A DNA stretch of 64,000 nt from Candidatus Omnitrophota bacterium (lineage in GTDB: Bacteria; Omnitrophota; Omnitrophia; Omnitrophales; Omnitrophaceae), in the NCBI GenBank assembly GCA_029561555.1, contig JAKQXH010000044.1:9691-73690 (forward strand), read 5' to 3'. Below, piece after piece: positions 1 to 8,722 of the stretch. A program made the translations under genes and the position numbers. The notes beneath the pieces were generated by a model. It searched no databases. It saw only the letters and a program-made list of their open reading frames with translations, and was not told the DNA's origin. Numbering within the stretch: the first letter of the stretch is position 1; each line of letters opens with the position of its first letter.

Positions 1-42
1 GAGACGTTTTCGTTTAATCAATATCCCGTTTCGTGGAGTTCG

Positions 43-3000
43 ATGAACATCGCATATGAAGAAGTGGTGTTTGGGTTAATTCCGCGATTGGTTGGAAAAC
101 TGGGAACGGCCAGAACAGATGAGGTAATCGCAGGGCTCAGCGAAGGGTTGACATTTCCGGTGGTGATCGGAGAGAGCCTTGAGATGAGGGTAAAGGGGAT
201 TGTAAAGGTTCTCTGCGCAAAAGCCCTGGATGAGATGAAAGACGTCCGGATCAAAACTCTCGAAGATCTTCTTGCCTTCAAAGATATCTTTGCGTGTTTG
301 ACGGCGGATTTAAAGGGAAATCTTACCGATTATGTCGCGCATCTTTCCGCTCAGGAGAAATCGACGCTGGAGAGCTGGATCAACAGCTGGAGTTTGGAGG
401 CATGGAATGCCGGCGGAAATTTATACCCGGTTCGCGACTATTTTTACCAGCAGTTGAACCAGATTGATTTTCTTACGGTGGATGGGGTAAAGGTGCCGGT
501 TTGGCAGATTTTGGCGATTGAAAACTTTCCCTGGTCGAAAGAATACGATGAAGAGCTTTTCGCAGGGCTTAAACGCCGTGACGTGAAGGAAGCTGAAACC
601 TGGACGGAGGCAGACGATTACCTGAATTTTCGCTTTGACGACGTCACGTATTACGATGCAAATGGGCTCAGTCAAGTCGGACGGATTGAAGTGATCGCAA
701 ACGTGATTCGTCGCCTGCTTTCCGCGGATCCGCTCCCGGAAGCCGCGAAAGAGGTGTTTTTTGTGAATCAGAACGGCATGAAGGAAGTCGATCCCGAAGC
801 CTTGCGAAAATATTTGAAGGGCGTTGAGGCGATGCAGAAGGCGGTGACCGCTCAAGCGCGGGAACTGTGCGAAGAAATTGCGGCGAAGCTTGAGGGGATG
901 CGGAAAGGCAAATACACGATCGAGGAAATTCAGGCGCTTTATGATGAGGTCCTGAAATTACGGGCTGATTTAATCGAGCTTCTCACGCAAAAAGCCAACA
1001 AACATGAACGGCAGGATGTGATTGCGGTCGAAGACAAGATTCAGCTGATTTTCCAGAAGAAGGTCTTTGATCTTTTTGTGGCCATGGTCGGCGACGCGGA
1101 TCTGATTATTAAAGTGGGCGGGCGCAATGTGACGATCCCCGCCAAGGAGATCACAGACGCCATGCTGGCTTATCTCAAGGACAAGTTTGGGGATTCTATC
1201 GCGGCGCATCATTTTGCCGCTTTTTACGGGGTCAGCATGGAAGATATCCGGGGTCTCGACAAACTCGAGCAGTTTTTAAGCAACCAGGTGGTGGCGCTTC
1301 CCAGGAATTCGGAATACGTTCAGATTATTTCTCAGATTTCCGAACTGGGATATCTCGAGCTTGCCGCTCAATTGGTGGAACGGTTTCAGGACGAAGTGGT
1401 CAAGGGGCGGCGCGTGGATATTGATCGTTTGATGGAACTTCTCACGGACCGTGATTTGGCGCTGGAGCGTGCCGCCGGTATGGCTGAGAAAAGCTATGAC
1501 GAAGCCGTCGCGGCGCTGGATGAAATTCTGGCGGAAGACGGGACTATCCCGGCAGGGGATGTCGCGGGGGTTTTTGAAGCCGTTCAGGATTTCAGGAATA
1601 AGGTGATTTCTGAATTGAACGATGCGCTGAGCGGTAAGGATGATGCGATGAAAGCGGAACTCGAAGCAATCGCTAACCGGCTCAATGAAAAGATGAAAAC
1701 GTATGTCGAAAAATTTTTCTCTGAACATGCGGTGCGGTTCGGGAAGAATACTTTTCTTTTGGACGGAGAAACGGTTGCCCAGTTTGAAGCCTTGTTGGAA
1801 TTGCTGGCGGCCAAATATCCGGGCCTTTTGATCGAAGACCCGGTGGTTTTAGATCCCGATATCCGGATTCAGCCCGTATCGGATATTTTCGTGGCAAAAA
1901 TCGACGGGATGAGCCTTAGCGTGGCCGGTTTGGATTCAGGGGTGGTGAAAGGAAACATGGAAATCGAGACGGGGATCTGGCTTCCTGTCCTGCCGATAAA
2001 CGATTACAACCCGAAAGATCGTCCTACGAGAGAGCTTGGATTGCGAATGCTTCTTGCGGAAACGATTGAACGCATGCTGGATCTCGGGGTTTCTCTTTTC
2101 AATAAGAAGGGCGCGTTCAACTGGAAGCGCTTTGCCGCAGCTTTGGAGAAATCGGATTATGAACTGGCCGTGGCGGGGATAGAAAATTTCTATGAAGAGG
2201 ATCTTCCGGCTTTCAACGAGTTTGTCGATTCCCTCCGGGATTCCCGCGGCGCTGTTTCCGTCGGAGATCTTTCCCAAGTTAGCGAACGTTATGAGGAATT
2301 GAGCCGGAAGTTGGAGTATCTGACGGAAATTACCGGTGATGAGGGAGCGGAAGCCTTGAACAGGTTGAAAGAAGTTTATGAGGAGGCAGTCAGTGTGCTG
2401 AATATCGGAGGGGTACTGGTGGATGTAAAAGCCTTGACGGCCGTGCTGGTTGAACTTGAAAAGAACGGAGAGCTTTCAGCGGAGTTTTCGGTATTGCTGA
2501 AAGAATTAGTCAAGGGGGATCGGAGCGTTTCGGAAGTTTCCGTCAAGACCGGTGTCGTCAGCGGTCTGATATCCGGCGGTGTGTCAAAAGAAAGCACGAG
2601 ACTTCAAGCGGCGGACGATGCGGATATGGAATTGGGACTGGAGGATGTTTCGTTTACCTTGGGCCAACTCGCAAATATTCCGTTTTGGGCAAGCCGGAGG
2701 AACAGAGACCTCCTTTCGGGACTTGATGTTACCCGGAAAGCAAAATATCTCTATCTGACGCTGATCCCTCCCGAGAAACTTCTGGGATTGCTGGATATGC
2801 GCGCGCTGGCGGCGGGAAGCGGAGTGACGGCCGGCGGAATGATGAAGTCCTCGATGCTGGCCATGGACAGCGCGATGGTGGTCGCGCCCGTGTTGAATGC
2901 GGAGGTGATCGGCTCTGAAATTCGCGGATCCGTCTTGGCGCCGGAAGCGAAGGATACTCTGAATCTCGAGTCAAAGTCAGTCGGATTTCTCGCGACAGAA

Positions 3001-3561
3001 CTCTTGCCTGCCTTGATCGGGAAAATGACCGCTATGGGACTTCCGATTTCCGGGCCTGCCGGTGAAGTGGACGGGAAACGGTTTGAACTGGCCCTTCAAG
3101 GCAAACTTCCTCCGGTGAGGATCAGCAGGTTTCCGATCGAGAAAAGAGCTTATCTGGTGACCAATATTTTCGAGCGAAAGGACCTTTGGGGGGATCTAGT
3201 CAGAGAATCCGCCCGTGAATTCGGAGCCGGGAAGTTCTGGAAGCGGGAGTTTGGCGTGAGCGAAAAATCGGCGAGAAGATCCCGTGATTTCAGATCGGAC
3301 GAAAAAAAGAAAAGCGCTTCGGAGTTGGACTTGGCCAGGCTCCTGAAATCCGATTTGATCCGAGAGTATTTAGGCGGGGGCGGGGAAGGGATAAAGTCCG
3401 GCGAGGCGGATCTGGACCCTTGGGAGGCTCAGGTTTTTATTTTGGCGCTGTCGTTCGGGAATTCCGGGAGCCGCCAATTTGACAAGAAGGACGACGGAGA
3501 GGAGAACACCCTTCTTGCATGGTATGAAGATCAGCTCGAGTTGGAAGAGGCGTTGGGATGA
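43..3561 (+). CDS. Large hypothetical protein (1172 aa); acidic, predicted helical, with no recognisable catalytic motif. The frame is open back to position 1, so the true start may lie upstream of the window.
   Basis: Long uninterrupted ORF with coding-like codon usage. No in-frame stop between nt 1 and 43. No P-loop, CxxC or TM segments recognised by eye. Followed by a hairpin plus T-run terminator. Confidence 0.5.
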   Translation: MNIAYEEVVFGLIPRLVGKLGTARTDEVIAGLSEGLTFPVVIGESLEMRVKGIVKVLCAKALDEMKDVRIKTLEDLLAFKDIFACLTADLKGNLTDYVAHLSAQEKSTLESWINSWSLEAWNAGGNLYPVRDYFYQQLNQIDFLTVDGVKVPVWQILAIENFPWSKEYDEELFAGLKRRDVKEAETWTEADDYLNFRFDDVTYYDANGLSQVGRIEVIANVIRRLLSADPLPEAAKEVFFVNQNGMKEVDPEALRKYLKGVEAMQKAVTAQARELCEEIAAKLEGMRKGKYTIEEIQALYDEVLKLRADLIELLTQKANKHERQDVIAVEDKIQLIFQKKVFDLFVAMVGDADLIIKVGGRNVTIPAKEITDAMLAYLKDKFGDSIAAHHFAAFYGVSMEDIRGLDKLEQFLSNQVVALPRNSEYVQIISQISELGYLELAAQLVERFQDEVVKGRRVDIDRLMELLTDRDLALERAAGMAEKSYDEAVAALDEILAEDGTIPAGDVAGVFEAVQDFRNKVISELNDALSGKDDAMKAELEAIANRLNEKMKTYVEKFFSEHAVRFGKNTFLLDGETVAQFEALLELLAAKYPGLLIEDPVVLDPDIRIQPVSDIFVAKIDGMSLSVAGLDSGVVKGNMEIETGIWLPVLPINDYNPKDRPTRELGLRMLLAETIERMLDLGVSLFNKKGAFNWKRFAAALEKSDYELAVAGIENFYEEDLPAFNEFVDSLRDSRGAVSVGDLSQVSERYEELSRKLEYLTEITGDEGAEALNRLKEVYEEAVSVLNIGGVLVDVKALTAVLVELEKNGELSAEFSVLLKELVKGDRSVSEVSVKTGVVSGLISGGVSKESTRLQAADDADMELGLEDVSFTLGQLANIPFWASRRNRDLLSGLDVTRKAKYLYLTLIPPEKLLGLLDMRALAAGSGVTAGGMMKSSMLAMDSAMVVAPVLNAEVIGSEIRGSVLAPEAKDTLNLESKSVGFLATELLPALIGKMTAMGLPISGPAGEVDGKRFELALQGKLPPVRISRFPIEKRAYLVTNIFERKDLWGDLVRESAREFGAGKFWKREFGVSEKSARRSRDFRSDEKKKSASELDLARLLKSDLIREYLGGGGEGIKSGEADLDPWEAQVFILALSFGNSGSRQFDKKDDGEENTLLAWYEDQLELEEALG

Positions 3562-3593
3562 AATAGAGGCTTTTTCGCGATAACCTTCACAAA

Positions 3594-3628
3594 GGGGCCG
3601 CCCAAAACCGGGCGGTCTTTTTGTTTTT
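3594..3628. terminator. Rho-independent terminator between the convergent genes at 43..3561(+) and lhgO(-).
   Basis: Stem GCCGCCC / GGGCGGT with loop AAAACC, followed by TCTTTTTGTTTTT. Confidence 0.55.
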
Positions 3629-4802
3629 AGGACTGCGGATTCAGGATTCTATCCGCGACGTGTTCGGCAAAGGCGAGGCTTGACGTCAGGCCGGGGGATA
3701 CGGCGTTCAGGATATGGGTCGAATCTTTGAAGTATTCCGCGACAAGGTCATTAACCATTTTCCCGCTTGAGTCCACCATTTGAGCCCGGATCCCGGCGCG
3801 CGCGGGAATGATATCGTCTGATTTAACTCCTGAGACCAATGATTGGATCTGCCTGAGAAAAGCTGATTTGGACAATGAGACCATGGCGTTGTCGAAAGCA
3901 ATACCGACGAATTCGGGGTTCATGAAAAGCCGGATGAACTGCCTCGAAAGAAATATTCCCGGCATTTCCCGCCATACCCATTCTTTATTATAAGCTTCCC
4001 GTCCGAAAGCAGGAACTGCGCTTGGGCCGGCAAGGACCCGCCCGTCGGTTTCCCGCGTGAGGTGAATGCTCAAAAAGGGAAAACGCAAATCCGGTGCCTG
4101 ATAAATCATCGAGCGGACGCCGCAGTTTCTGACTTCCATGTATTCGCCGCGGAAGGGGATAATCCGGTATTGTTTGCCGACGTCCATCATGTGCGCGATC
4201 GTGTCCGAGTGAAGCCCCGCACAATTGATGACGTGATCGGCCTCGATTTTCCCCTGGTTGGTGGAAACGGTTTTCCCGTCGATGCCGGTAACTTTTGTGC
4301 CGAAGCGGTAACGGATCCCCAGACCTTTCGCTTCTTGCGTGAGCGCTTCCATCAGTGCGGGGGCATCTACGGTTGCGCCCTGAGGCGAGAAGAGCGCGGC
4401 GATTCCCAGTGAAGCGGGCTCCCGCTCTTTCAATTCTTTTTGTGTGATTATTTTGAGTCCCGGGACTTCGCACTGCATTCCCATATCAAGAAGTTTTTCA
4501 AGTACGCAGCATTCTTTTTCCGTCCGGGCACTGACCAGGGTCCCGCATTCCTCCATCGGGACTTTCTTTTTTCGGCAGTACTCGCGGAGAAGCCGGTTCC
4601 CTTCGACGCACATACGGGCTTTCATGGAACCCGGTTTCTGATTGATGCCGGAGTGGATGACCCCGCTGTTGCGGCCGCTTTGATGCTGCCCGGCGGAGGG
4701 CTCTTTCTCGAGAATGGTGATTGGTCCCGCTTTCTTAAACGCTAATGCGCGCCCGATCGTGGTCCCAATGACTCCCGCACCGATAATCACAATATGCGCC
4801 AT
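3627..4802 (-). CDS. lhgO: L-2-hydroxyglutarate oxidase, FAD-dependent (LhgO/YgaF family).
   Basis: N-terminal Rossmann motif HIVIIGAGVIGTTIG; strong similarity to E. coli LhgO across HQSGRNSGVIHSGI...PGS.KA and IIPFRGEY. The ORF track begins 13 codons upstream at 4841; Met at 4802 was chosen because it places GxGxxG at the N-terminus. Confidence 0.8.
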   Translation of the reverse strand: MAHIVIIGAGVIGTTIGRALAFKKAGPITILEKEPSAGQHQSGRNSGVIHSGINQKPGSMKARMCVEGNRLLREYCRKKKVPMEECGTLVSARTEKECCVLEKLLDMGMQCEVPGLKIITQKELKEREPASLGIAALFSPQGATVDAPALMEALTQEAKGLGIRYRFGTKVTGIDGKTVSTNQGKIEADHVINCAGLHSDTIAHMMDVGKQYRIIPFRGEYMEVRNCGVRSMIYQAPDLRFPFLSIHLTRETDGRVLAGPSAVPAFGREAYNKEWVWREMPGIFLSRQFIRLFMNPEFVGIAFDNAMVSLSKSAFLRQIQSLVSGVKSDDIIPARAGIRAQMVDSSGKMVNDLVAEYFKDSTHILNAVSPGLTSSLAFAEHVADRILNPQS

Positions 4803-5025
4803 AACAAACCTTTCCAGTTGATGGAACCGCATTCCAATCAAATCCGGTTTGAATCCCGGACTTCTTGCCCGTTCGCGAAAACAATTGTATATTAAATTTA
4901 GATTTCCGCAAAAGATTCCGTAATTATATAGGAAGGTTTCGTCGAAGGAATCGAAGATGCATTTTTTGATTTTTTATCGAATGGTTTGACGTGTAAATTG
5001 TTTTTCACGGACACTCTCTCTTAAT

Positions 5026-6510
5026 ATGAGCAAAGTCTTCTTATTGAATCCGCCGATTAGCGCCAGGGAACGGTCCGGGGCGCTGGCTTCAGCCATCGGG
5101 CGAAGCATGCCTTACGGCTTAATCAGCCTTGCCGCCGTTTTGAGAAAATCGGGTTACGAGATCGATTTTTTTGATGCCGCGGCGCAGGGGGTCGGGATTG
5201 AAGAAACCGTGGAGAGGATTCTTTCCGGTTCTCCGGATTATCTCGGCATCAGTACGGTAACGATTTCCGTCGACCGGAGCGGAAAAATCGCGCAAAAAAT
5301 CAGAGCCCGCAACCCGAAGGTAAAAATTCTGGTCGGGGGGGCCCATATGAGTTCGGCGCCGGAAGAGACGATGAAACGTTTCCCGGATTTCGATATCGGC
5401 GTGATCGGAGAAGGGGAGTATTCGATTCTTGAATTGCTGAAAGCCCTTGAGGGAGGTTTGCCGATTAGAGAAATCCCCGGCATCATTTACCGGGAGGGCG
5501 GGAAAACCGTTTTAACCGCCAAAAGGCCCCCGATTATGAATTTGGACGCCCTTCCGATGCCGGCGTGGGATTTGATCCCCGATTTTGCCCAGGTCTATCG
5601 AGCTTCCGCGTCGTCGTATCTTCGTCTGCCGTCGACGACTTTGGTGACGTCCCGGGGATGTTCGGCGCGGTGTATTTTTTGCAACAGCCGGATGCTTTTC
5701 GGCGATTTCCGGAGTTTTAGCGCCGACTACGTGCTTGAGCAGATCCGCCATTTGAAAAGCAAATACCACATCAATGATATCAGCATTTATGACGATAATT
5801 TCCTGATCAGCCGCGACCGGGTGGCGAAAATTTGCGAAGGGATTCTCCGGGAGAAGATCAATATTACCTGGTCCTGCTATTCGCGGGTGGATCAGGGGGA
5901 TTTGGAATTGTTCCGGCTGATGAAAAAAGCGGGCTGCTGGCTGATCAGTTACGGAATCGAAAGCGGCTGCCAGCGGATCCTGAACCTGTTGAACAAGCGG
6001 GTGACTTTGGAACAGATCGAAAAGACGGTGACCCTCACGAAAAAGGCGGGGCTAAGGGTCCGTGGTTTTTTCATGATCGGGCATTTCGGGGAAACTCGCG
6101 AATCGATTCTGCAGACGATTGATTTTATGAGAAAAATCCCTCTCGATGATTTTAATTACACCGTCTTCACGCCGATGCCGGGGACTCCCGCTTATAATAT
6201 CGCGGACCGGTACGGAAAATTCGACCGGACCTGGAGCAAGATGAATTTTCAGTATATGGTGTTCGTTCCGAACGGCTTGACTGCCGATGAGATCGAACGG
6301 TATTCCAGACTGGGCTACCGGAAGTTTTATTTCAGAGCCAGGATTTTAATTCCCTATCTTCTGCTTTTGCTGACGCATCCGACGGGGATTCGAAGACTTT
6401 TTCACGGCCTGCAGGCCGTTTTATTGAGAGTTTTCGCGAAGAAGCATTGCACTCCCGTTGAGGAAGCGTTGGTTGCTTCGGGAAGCGGAGACTTCTGTCC
6501 TCCGGCGTAA
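5026..6510 (+). CDS. Cobalamin-binding (class B) radical SAM protein, paralog 1.
   Basis: N-terminal B12-binding-like Rossmann region (VFLLNPP...GLISLAAVL). Radical-SAM cluster SRGCSARCIFC (CxxxCxxC). About 490 aa, as in B12-rSAM enzymes. Confidence 0.8.
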   Translation: MSKVFLLNPPISARERSGALASAIGRSMPYGLISLAAVLRKSGYEIDFFDAAAQGVGIEETVERILSGSPDYLGISTVTISVDRSGKIAQKIRARNPKVKILVGGAHMSSAPEETMKRFPDFDIGVIGEGEYSILELLKALEGGLPIREIPGIIYREGGKTVLTAKRPPIMNLDALPMPAWDLIPDFAQVYRASASSYLRLPSTTLVTSRGCSARCIFCNSRMLFGDFRSFSADYVLEQIRHLKSKYHINDISIYDDNFLISRDRVAKICEGILREKINITWSCYSRVDQGDLELFRLMKKAGCWLISYGIESGCQRILNLLNKRVTLEQIEKTVTLTKKAGLRVRGFFMIGHFGETRESILQTIDFMRKIPLDDFNYTVFTPMPGTPAYNIADRYGKFDRTWSKMNFQYMVFVPNGLTADEIERYSRLGYRKFYFRARILIPYLLLLLTHPTGIRRLFHGLQAVLLRVFAKKHCTPVEEALVASGSGDFCPPA

Positions 6511-6551
6511 TGTGAATTCGGATTCGTTTCCCGGAAGACGGCAAACTGTTT

Positions 6552-8657
6552 TTATTCCCGGGGAATTGTGATGCCGGAAGGAAATACGGGCTTCCAATGA
6601 AAAACTTTGGATTCGGGGTTTTTGGGTTCGATTAGTTTTATATTTGAGAAAATCAGTTTTTCATTGTGTCTGGCAATCGCGTGAAGCCCGATCCTTCCGT
6701 TAAACTGACAAATTTTCGATATAACTTCCAAGCGGGCGATAATATTTTCATTGTAAAACAAAAAATAATCCGAATCGATTTTTCGGAACGAAAAGCGAAA
6801 ATTTCGTTGAAAGGCCCCGACGGCAAAGCAAATCGCCGGCGAGGTCTCTCCGTTCAAAACAATGCGGGTGTAAAGATAGTAAAGACTGGCGATGAATGCG
6901 GTATAATTTTGAGGGTCGCGGAGCCCTACGATGAGACCTCCGATAAATTCTCCGGTCATCTCGGCTTCGAATAAAGCAGGGGCGTGATTCTCCTGGCTTA
7001 TGAAAATAGGGAACCCTTTGATTTCAACCGGGGATTGTGTTTTAGGGTTTTCGGAAAATACAATGGTGTTTGCGGGCCCCGGGTGACCGAAACTTTCCAC
7101 CGCGTTTTCCTTCTCGGAAATTATTCTGGAGTACCAGAGGCTTTTGTCCGCTTTTTCCGTGAGATAAAGCGGGGTTTTTTCGGAACTTTGGCAGGATTGC
7201 CGGTCCAGCAATCCGTCCGGAATGGCTTTCGCGATTTTTTGAACCGCAGTCCCGCCGTAACAATAATCCGGATTTTTCCGGAAAAAACCCGAGACCTTTT
7301 GTGCGATTTGCGCCGTATTGTTTTGGGGTTTAAAAGCGGGAATGAGAACTTCTTGGATCTGCCGATATCCGTAACCGATTTGAAAGAGGCAGAAAAGGCC
7401 GCAGCAGGAAATGACCAAGGCGAATTTTGAAAATGTCTTTTTGGGGAAAGGTCCGGACAAGACATGAAGGGATCTGAAGACCGTTCCCAGAAGAATAAAA
7501 AACATGAAATTACCCGCATAGTAGTAATAAGTCGCCGAAGTTAAGTATTCGACGCCCCGGTAGGAGGCCAGCCCCAGAAATAGCATCAAAAGGTATGACG
7601 AAGCGAAAATTGCCAATGTGACGGATGCAAAATCTTTCCGCTTCGCATAATTGAAAAATGCGTAAGCGAAATTCACGATGATGCTTAACAGTGAAATGAC
7701 CGTCGAAAACCAGATTTCCCATTTGGGCATCTGAGAAAAATCCCAGACGATTCTTCCTCCGATATCCCAATCCAAGCGGAGATGAACCAGATTGGGCAGG
7801 CCGAATGCCGTTAGAAAAACTCCCGGAAGAGCGTAGATTTCTTTTATTCTCAGAAGATTGCTTTTCAGGAAACCGGGATTTGGATACAGGGTGCTTTCCG
7901 TCGGGGGGGCCGTCAATTGCAGCAGCAGTTCCCGATGGTTTAAAAGCAGGCTCAGGAGAACCGGCGCGAAAAATACCAGGCAGAGTTTCCAATCTGTTCC
8001 GTGGGACGGGGCGCTGTTTTTTTTGCGGTAAAAGCCGAAAAGACTTGTGCAAAGGAAGAAAAACCCGCAAGCGAACATTGTGGCAAAAATGATTTCATGA
8101 AATTGGCAGGCGATTAGGAAAAGGCCGCTTGCGCCGATAGAAGTTTTTGAGGAAAGGTCTTTCTCTCCGTTCCGGCAAAGCAGTCGAAGTCCCAGGCTTG
8201 CAAATAAAATGCTGAACATATAGGGACTGATGTGCCGATAGACAATCATTTCCATTCCCGTGTATTGAAAGAGAAAGGTTCCGGCCAGAAGAAATGAAAA
8301 CCATATCGGAGCGATGCAGCGGATGAGCAGAAATAGGCAGAAGCAGATAAGGGCGTGCAGGATAATGCTCAGCGCGCCGACGGCGTACAGATTGGTCCTG
8401 GAAAAGATGTCCAACAGGGCAAGCGTTCCCAGCGTTCCCGGCTTCATCCAAAGTCCCTTTTCCTGGTAAATATGCCGTGTCCTGGCGTAGTGGAACGAAT
8501 GAATAAAGTAGTCCCAATCGGAGTTAAAGTATTGGCGTTCGATCATGAAGAAATTCTGGTCCGAACGCGGGTAGGCGACAATGCCGTACCGGTAGATCCA
8601 AAAAGAAGCGATCAGGAAGAACAGCAGTATTACCCAATTTTTAGTGAGAATTTTCAT
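6552..8657 (-). CDS. Large polytopic membrane protein with a C-terminal soluble domain (GT-C / YfhO-like architecture), paralog A.
   Basis: At least 12 hydrophobic segments in the N-terminal two thirds, then a ~250-aa hydrophilic domain. Start chosen at MKILTKNWVILLFF (8657). The ORF track extends to 9038, which would overlap the upstream gene by 300 nt; an alternative start at 8726 (MNLPPE) is possible. Confidence 0.5.
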   Translation of the reverse strand: MKILTKNWVILLFFLIASFWIYRYGIVAYPRSDQNFFMIERQYFNSDWDYFIHSFHYARTRHIYQEKGLWMKPGTLGTLALLDIFSRTNLYAVGALSIILHALICFCLFLLIRCIAPIWFSFLLAGTFLFQYTGMEMIVYRHISPYMFSILFASLGLRLLCRNGEKDLSSKTSIGASGLFLIACQFHEIIFATMFACGFFFLCTSLFGFYRKKNSAPSHGTDWKLCLVFFAPVLLSLLLNHRELLLQLTAPPTESTLYPNPGFLKSNLLRIKEIYALPGVFLTAFGLPNLVHLRLDWDIGGRIVWDFSQMPKWEIWFSTVISLLSIIVNFAYAFFNYAKRKDFASVTLAIFASSYLLMLFLGLASYRGVEYLTSATYYYYAGNFMFFILLGTVFRSLHVLSGPFPKKTFSKFALVISCCGLFCLFQIGYGYRQIQEVLIPAFKPQNNTAQIAQKVSGFFRKNPDYCYGGTAVQKIAKAIPDGLLDRQSCQSSEKTPLYLTEKADKSLWYSRIISEKENAVESFGHPGPANTIVFSENPKTQSPVEIKGFPIFISQENHAPALFEAEMTGEFIGGLIVGLRDPQNYTAFIASLYYLYTRIVLNGETSPAICFAVGAFQRNFRFSFRKIDSDYFLFYNENIIARLEVISKICQFNGRIGLHAIARHNEKLIFSNIKLIEPKNPESKVFHWKPVFPSGITIPRE

Positions 8658-8722
8658 GAAAGGATGGACCGGTTTCCGGCTTGAGGGGCAGAAGGCTATG
8701 TCGGGGGTTTCCGGCGGCAAGT

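Noticed and set aside
421-855. Numerous 60-250-aa ORFs antisense to or overlapping the large genes (e.g. 421..855-, 23959..24681+, 25853..26611+, 19599-region overlaps)
   Set aside because: They are embedded in better-supported genes on the other strand, lack RBS and motifs, and have Arg/Pro-rich compositions typical of spurious frames in GC-rich DNA.
4986-5025. Possible sigma70 promoter (TTGACG at 4986) upstream of the first B12-rSAM gene
   Set aside because: No acceptable -10 hexamer lies at 16-18 bp spacing; the only TA-rich hexamer abuts the start codon.
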